This document shows positions 59,606 through 64,000 of a stretch of DNA of 64,000 nucleotides, in pieces. The stretch spans positions 8,220,911 to 8,284,910 of the forward strand of contig OZ253507.1 of assembly GCA_965262245.1 (NCBI GenBank), given 5' to 3'. How positions within the stretch are numbered: position 1 is the stretch's first letter; every line of letters begins with the position of its first letter. Below the pieces are notes generated by a model. The model was not told the origin of the DNA, ran no database searches, and saw only the letters and a list, made by a program, of their open reading frames with translations. The stretch comes from Candidatus Marinacidobacterales bacterium (lineage in GTDB: Bacteria > Acidobacteriota > Vicinamibacteria > Marinacidobacterales > SMYC01). Made by a program: the position numbers and the translations under genes.

Positions 59606-60529
59606 ATGAACCACACCGTATTCATCCATACCAACGAGAAGCAATGGGTTGGAGCGAAGGTAGCGGAGTACTCTATCCGGAAGGCGTCCCCGAACCGAGA
59701 GAAATTTGCCATCTCCATCCTACGCCTTGAGGATCATGACGCTCTCTGCGGCCGGGAGGGTCAGACTTACCTGCGGGACCGCCGGCCGGCGCTATGGCGT
59801 AACGGCGATCTACAGTCCTTCACTCCCCTGCGTTTCCTACCTCCCCAGCTCATGAGCTATGAGGGCCGGGCGGTGGTCATCGACCCGGATGTTTTCGCGC
59901 TATCGGACATCTACGAGCTCTTGACTCGCGACATGAAGGGAAAGGCGATTCTCTGCAAACCCGTCTATACCGCGGCGGGAAGATTCCGCTACCATGCCTC
60001 AAGCGTCATGTTGCTCGACTGTAGCCGCCTGCGGCATTGGCGGTGGCAAGATCAAATCGAGGAGATGTTCACCGGAAAACGAGACTACCGGCAATGGATC
60101 TGGCTGCTGCTGGAGCCTTCCGAGAACATCGGCCCGCTGGAAGAGGAGTGGAATCATTTTGATAGGCTCGATGAGAACACCAAGCTCCTCCACAACACCC
60201 AACGCCTGACGCAGCCCTGGAAGACCGGTCTCCCCATCGACTTCACGCGGACGAAGAACACCCTTCCGCAAGGGAGGAAGTGGGGCATCATTCCCCGCTC
60301 CTGGCTCGTTCAAACCCAGTCGAGAATTTTGTCGGTCTGGCCGGGTCGATATCAGCGGCATCCCGATCCCGATCAAGAGCGGTTCTTTTTTTCGTTGCTC
60401 AGAGAATGCCTGGAGGCAGGCCACCTAACCGAGAGTCTGCTCCGGTCGGAGATAGAGAAAAAGCATCTCCGCCCCGACACACTCTCGCTGCTCGAAACGG
60501 CAACCGGTTCCCAGCCCCTGGCTCCCTGA
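59606..60529 (+). CDS. putative glycosyltransferase (DxD motif), lower-GC
   Basis: ..GRAVVIDPDVFALSDIYELL.. resembles a GT-A DxD region. No stronger family signature. Confidence 0.3.
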   Translation: MNHTVFIHTNEKQWVGAKVAEYSIRKASPNREKFAISILRLEDHDALCGREGQTYLRDRRPALWRNGDLQSFTPLRFLPPQLMSYEGRAVVIDPDVFALSDIYELLTRDMKGKAILCKPVYTAAGRFRYHASSVMLLDCSRLRHWRWQDQIEEMFTGKRDYRQWIWLLLEPSENIGPLEEEWNHFDRLDENTKLLHNTQRLTQPWKTGLPIDFTRTKNTLPQGRKWGIIPRSWLVQTQSRILSVWPGRYQRHPDPDQERFFFSLLRECLEAGHLTESLLRSEIEKKHLRPDTLSLLETATGSQPLAP

Positions 60530-60846
60530 AGAGCGCTCCCGGGACGCTCCAGTCTCACCGCCCCGCCTGAGGTCCAGCCCCCGCCGTACTGACGGAGCGC
60601 GCTACTGCCGCGGGTGCCGGCCCTTGAACGCGCAGTGCCTCCCTTGGCCGCACCGCCACCGGCCTCGCAAACAATCCCGTCGCCGTCGCGCAGATAGGCG
60701 TAGGTCGGATGGTCGCGGCGCACCGGGGCGATCCCATGCGCGCGGGCCTCGGCGCACGTGATACGGCCGTCGTCGTTGTCGTCCCACTGGGCGAGCACCT
60801 CACGCGCATCGGCGGCCGTTGAGGTGACGTCCTGAGTGGCTGGTGA

Positions 60847-61655
60847 GGGGTATTGTCAAATTGAGCTGGTGACTGACAGAATGGTCCAATGAAGACCGAT
60901 GCGCCAAGCTACCACGGCTATCGATTTCCACCGGAAATCATCAGCCACGCCGTCTGGCTCTACTACCGATTCTGCGTGAGCTTTCGAAACGTCGAAGAGT
61001 TGCTCGCTCAGCGAGGCATCACGGTTTCTTACGAAGCGGTCCGACTGTGGTGCATTAAGTTCGGGCCGGAATACGCTCGACGACTGAAGCGTCGGCAGGG
61101 TCGTCTCGGTGACACATGGCACCTGGACGAGGTCTTCATAAAGATACAAGGTGAACGCCAATACCTCTGGCGCGCGGTAGACCAAGATGGTGATGTAATC
61201 GATATCCTCGTCCAGCCTCGCCGTGATCAGAAAGCCGCCAAACGATTCTTCCGCAAGCTGTTGAAGGGGCAAGGCCGTCCGCCCTGGCAGCTGGTCACCG
61301 ACAAACTGAGAAGCTACAGCGCCGCTCACCGCGAGGTCATGCCGTCCGTCGTCCACGACACTGACCAGTACAGAAACAACCTAGCCGAAGTCTCGCACGA
61401 ACCGACGCGACAACGGGAACGACAGATGCGGAAGTTTAAAGCTCCTGGGCAGGCGCAACGATTCTTGACCGTGCATGGACTCGTGCAAAATCTCTTTCGC
61501 GTCGGACGGCATTTGTTGCAAGCGCATCATCATCGGGAGCTACGAGACCGCGCTTTCATCGTCTGGCAGGAGGTAACCTGTGCCGTCCGATGAGAGCAAA
61601 GGAAGTCAGCTCGACGCGATAGGTTCGCTCGCTCAACGTCAACTTGACAATACCG
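60847..61655 (+). mobile_element. IS6-family insertion sequence, complete (about 810 bp; TIR GGTATTGTCAA(A/G)TTGA)
   Basis: IRL GGTATTGTCAAATTGAGC at 60847; IRR CGTCAACTTGACAATACCG at 61637-61655. Confidence 0.85.
60889..61593 (+). CDS. IS6-family DDE transposase
   Basis: YRFPPEIISHAVWLYYRF...WHLDEVFIKIQGERQYLWRAVDQDGDVIDILVQPRRD. Confidence 0.85.
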   Translation: MKTDAPSYHGYRFPPEIISHAVWLYYRFCVSFRNVEELLAQRGITVSYEAVRLWCIKFGPEYARRLKRRQGRLGDTWHLDEVFIKIQGERQYLWRAVDQDGDVIDILVQPRRDQKAAKRFFRKLLKGQGRPPWQLVTDKLRSYSAAHREVMPSVVHDTDQYRNNLAEVSHEPTRQRERQMRKFKAPGQAQRFLTVHGLVQNLFRVGRHLLQAHHHRELRDRAFIVWQEVTCAVR

Positions 61656-61680
61656 TAAGAAGGATTTGGTGATGTAACCA

Positions 61681-62070
61681 ATGAGCCCAAATGATAATTA
61701 TTTCGACTGGGTGAACACAAGGAAAGCATGTTCGCTTGAGGCTAAGTTCGGTCAACTGAATGTGAATGCAAAAAAGGATGCAGATCGGGCAGGTTTTGAG
61801 TTTGAATCTAATGGCGACTACTTCATGGTCTATCGTCCATCCGACGAGTCGGTCAAAGGTCGCAGCGTGACGTTCAAACTGGAAAACGACCGAATCCTGG
61901 TAGGTAGCAATCCTGCGTCTCTAGCTTCATTCACCATAACTCTTACCCTGAACGATGAAGGAGACTGCCGATATCGGATCGATAATAAGGGTGAGCACAA
62001 GTGCTGGCAGGTACTCCGCCGAGCTCTGGAGCAGCTTTTCTTTGATTCGGATCTTGACGTTTTTTTGTAA
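61681..62070 (+). CDS. hypothetical protein (129 aa) in an AT-rich segment
   Basis: Open frame only; about 45% GC against a 62% background. No motif recognised. Confidence 0.3.
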   Translation: MSPNDNYFDWVNTRKACSLEAKFGQLNVNAKKDADRAGFEFESNGDYFMVYRPSDESVKGRSVTFKLENDRILVGSNPASLASFTITLTLNDEGDCRYRIDNKGEHKCWQVLRRALEQLFFDSDLDVFL

Positions 62071-62255
62071 GGTGGAAACCTATGTCAACCCAACGATGTA
62101 AGTCCCTTTACAATCGTCTTGGGCGAGCGGGTCGTCACCATGCAGATGACCTCCTAGTCGAGAGCGAATATCGAAGCGTGTTCCTGAAGCTGTTTCCACG
62201 CTACGCCGGTCGAGCCCGCCGAGGGGCTACCGAGTCGCGCATCCTCTCCCACTCC

Positions 62256-62478
62256 TCAAGAAGGCTCGAGGGCGAGTTCGGCGTACATCCGCTTCAGCTT
62301 TGCTTTCTCGGATTCGAGTTCCTTCATACGCTTGAGTTCGGAGACGCTCGTGCCCGCGTACTTCGACCGCCAGTTGAAATAGCTCCCCCGGCTGATGCCG
62401 TGCTTGCGCACCAGGTCGGCGAGCGGGACCCCCGCCTCGCCCTCTTTCAAGATGCCCACGATCTGACTTTCCAGAATG
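62256..62478 (-). pseudogene. IS3-family (IS407-like) OrfA fragment
   Basis: [65 protein letters not shown]. Confidence 0.65.
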
Positions 62479-62804
62479 TGGATCAGTGTGCTGACTATCT
62501 GCTCAATCACGCCTCTTATCTGCACTACGACGAGTGCCTCGCCGCTGGATTCCCGATCGCTACCGGCGTGATCGAAGGCGCCTGCCGCCACCTGGTCTCG
62601 GACCGCATGGACCTCACCGGAGCGCGTTGGTCCCTCGCTGGCGCCGAAGCCGTGCTGCGGCTTCGCGCTCTCCGCTCCAGCGGAGACTTCGATGAGTACT
62701 GGCGCTTCCACGAGCAGTGCGAGTACGAGCGCAACCACGCCTCGCGCTACGCCGACGGCAAGGTCGTCCCCGTCAAAGGCCGCCACCTCAAGCGCGTCAA
62801 GTGA
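62478..62804 (+). pseudogene. ISKra4-like transposase C-terminal fragment
   Basis: ..[50 protein letters not shown]... The same 3' sequence reappears at 37640-37700 next to IS5 copy 1. Confidence 0.5.
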
Positions 62805-62868
62805 GATGAGCCCTTACCACTATGAGACATGCCAAACCCACCGTTCCAAAAGAGCCGCACCCAATTGT

Positions 62869-64000
62869 TTACCGCTCTGGGTTGACCAAGGGGACGGGGG
62901 TGTTGTCGGGAGCACGAAGGATTGACGTGACGATGTCGATCACGCGGATCCCTTTGTGACAGCAGCTCTGGAGGACGCTCATGAGGATCGACTGGGCCTG
63001 TGCCCCTTTCGCGGTACGGTTGCCGCCTCCGCAGGTCTTGCGGTTGACCACGGCGATGCGAATGTCTTGTTCGGCGGGATAGTTGGTGGCCTCGACATCC
63101 GCACGGTCGAGGAACACAAAGAGGTTGTCCCGATAGCGTCGCAGATGTTTCGCGAATCGCTGGTTGGCAGGATTGGTGAATCGGCCGTGCAGCAGGCGGT
63201 TCATCTTCGCCTGGAGGAGTCCCTTGGCAACGCGCAGGCCATGCGGGCTGATCTCGCCAGCATCGCGCCGATCGCGCAAGGCGAGGGCGTGCCGGAGGAT
63301 GGCCTTGACCAAGCGTGGGAAGCGCACCGCCCCGCGCGTGGCCGTCTCCAGTAGCTCGTGGCAACGGTGCAGCAGATGGTTGTAGCAGGTCTGTAGCGTC
63401 GCTTCCTTGAAGCAACGGTAGGGGGCCCAGCCGTCTACCCCGAGGGTGCCCGCGTAGTTTTTCCCCAGCACCGAGGCGGCCTGCTCGAAACCACGGCCCG
63501 GAAGGATCTCGTAGACGGTCTCGCGCAGGTTCGTGAAGACCCACAGCCAGACCCGACGACCTCCCTGCTTCCAGCCCGTCTCATCGGCGTAGACGACGGG
63601 GCTGGCCCGCAGCGCCTCCACCAAGGCATCTCGGGTGGGCTTGGCACGCCGGGCAAGACGCTGCATGGCACGACACAATGTGGAGCGCGCCACGGGGAAA
63701 CCCCGCATCTGCTCGAATCCCAGGCGGGTCTTGTCGTACGACACCCCGCAGATCATCTTCTGGAACGCGGCGAAGGCGAGCAGCCTGGGCCCAAAATGCA
63801 CCGTGCCCACCTCGAACGCCTTCGAAATCAGCAGCGGATGCTGGCCACGGACACGCCGACCACACTCCTGGCAGTGGCCATGACCCACTACGAACTTCCA
63901 GGTCTCGGGTTGGATGGGCGGAATGTCGACCTGGTACAGATCGATGCTCCCTTCCGCTCCTACCTTACCTCCGCACGGGCACTGCTCCGGGCACTGCTCC
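62869..64000 (-). CDS. IS66-family transposase (TnpC); N-terminus beyond window end
   Basis: ..ADETGWKQGGRRVWLWVF.. and ..CYNHLLHRCHELLE... The frame stays open to nt 64000 through the zinc-finger region CPCGGKV...CQECG. Confidence 0.75.
   Translation of the reverse strand, partial: EQCPEQCPCGGKVGAEGSIDLYQVDIPPIQPETWKFVVGHGHCQECGRRVRGQHPLLISKAFEVGTVHFGPRLLAFAAFQKMICGVSYDKTRLGFEQMRGFPVARSTLCRAMQRLARRAKPTRDALVEALRASPVVYADETGWKQGGRRVWLWVFTNLRETVYEILPGRGFEQAASVLGKNYAGTLGVDGWAPYRCFKEATLQTCYNHLLHRCHELLETATRGAVRFPRLVKAILRHALALRDRRDAGEISPHGLRVAKGLLQAKMNRLLHGRFTNPANQRFAKHLRRYRDNLFVFLDRADVEATNYPAEQDIRIAVVNRKTCGGGNRTAKGAQAQSILMSVLQSCCHKGIRVIDIVTSILRAPDNTPVPLVNPER

Noticed and set aside
62747-63544. 265-aa and related ORFs overlapping the IS66 transposase region
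   Set aside because: They are antisense or alternative frames of the well-supported IS66 TnpC frame, which stays open to the window end.

Overview
High-GC (~62%) bacterial accessory region with an unusually high density of mobile elements, fragments and repeats. It carries IS481-like, IS3, IS5, IS6, IS256, IS66, IS1595, IS1380 and ISKra4-like copies or fragments. There are at least five short repeat/MITE families, and a group II intron split by an IS3 insertion. Ordinary genes between them: AlkA-like glycosylase (5' partial), alpha-carbonic anhydrase, GMC oxidoreductase with a Tat-signal partner, PaaI-like thioesterase, DnaQ-exonuclease-BRCT fusion, DUF2911, ABC-F ATPase, an outer-membrane beta-barrel protein and a polysaccharide-type cluster. 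Candidate new biology: (1) a 1264-aa ORF with a C-terminal PD-(D/E)xK-like nuclease motif and no recognisable NTPase, bounded by solo IS6 ends next to a DNA methyltransferase remnant; (2) two copies of a phosphatase(CX5R)-ADP-ribosylglycohydrolase fusion gene inside 1.8-kb direct repeats that bracket locus (1); (3) an MmeI-like Type IIG restriction-modification candidate and an adjacent uncharacterised 537-aa coiled-coil protein; (4) a translationally coupled SprT-like / HIT / DUF429 operon; (5) a HicB/HicA-like pair and a 3x33-bp perfect tandem repeat in an AT-rich islet; (6) decayed fragments of an OLD/Toprim-type nuclease and of an integrative-element recombination module. No rRNA, tRNA or CRISPR array was recognised. 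Hand-derived coordinates may be off by 1-2 nt.
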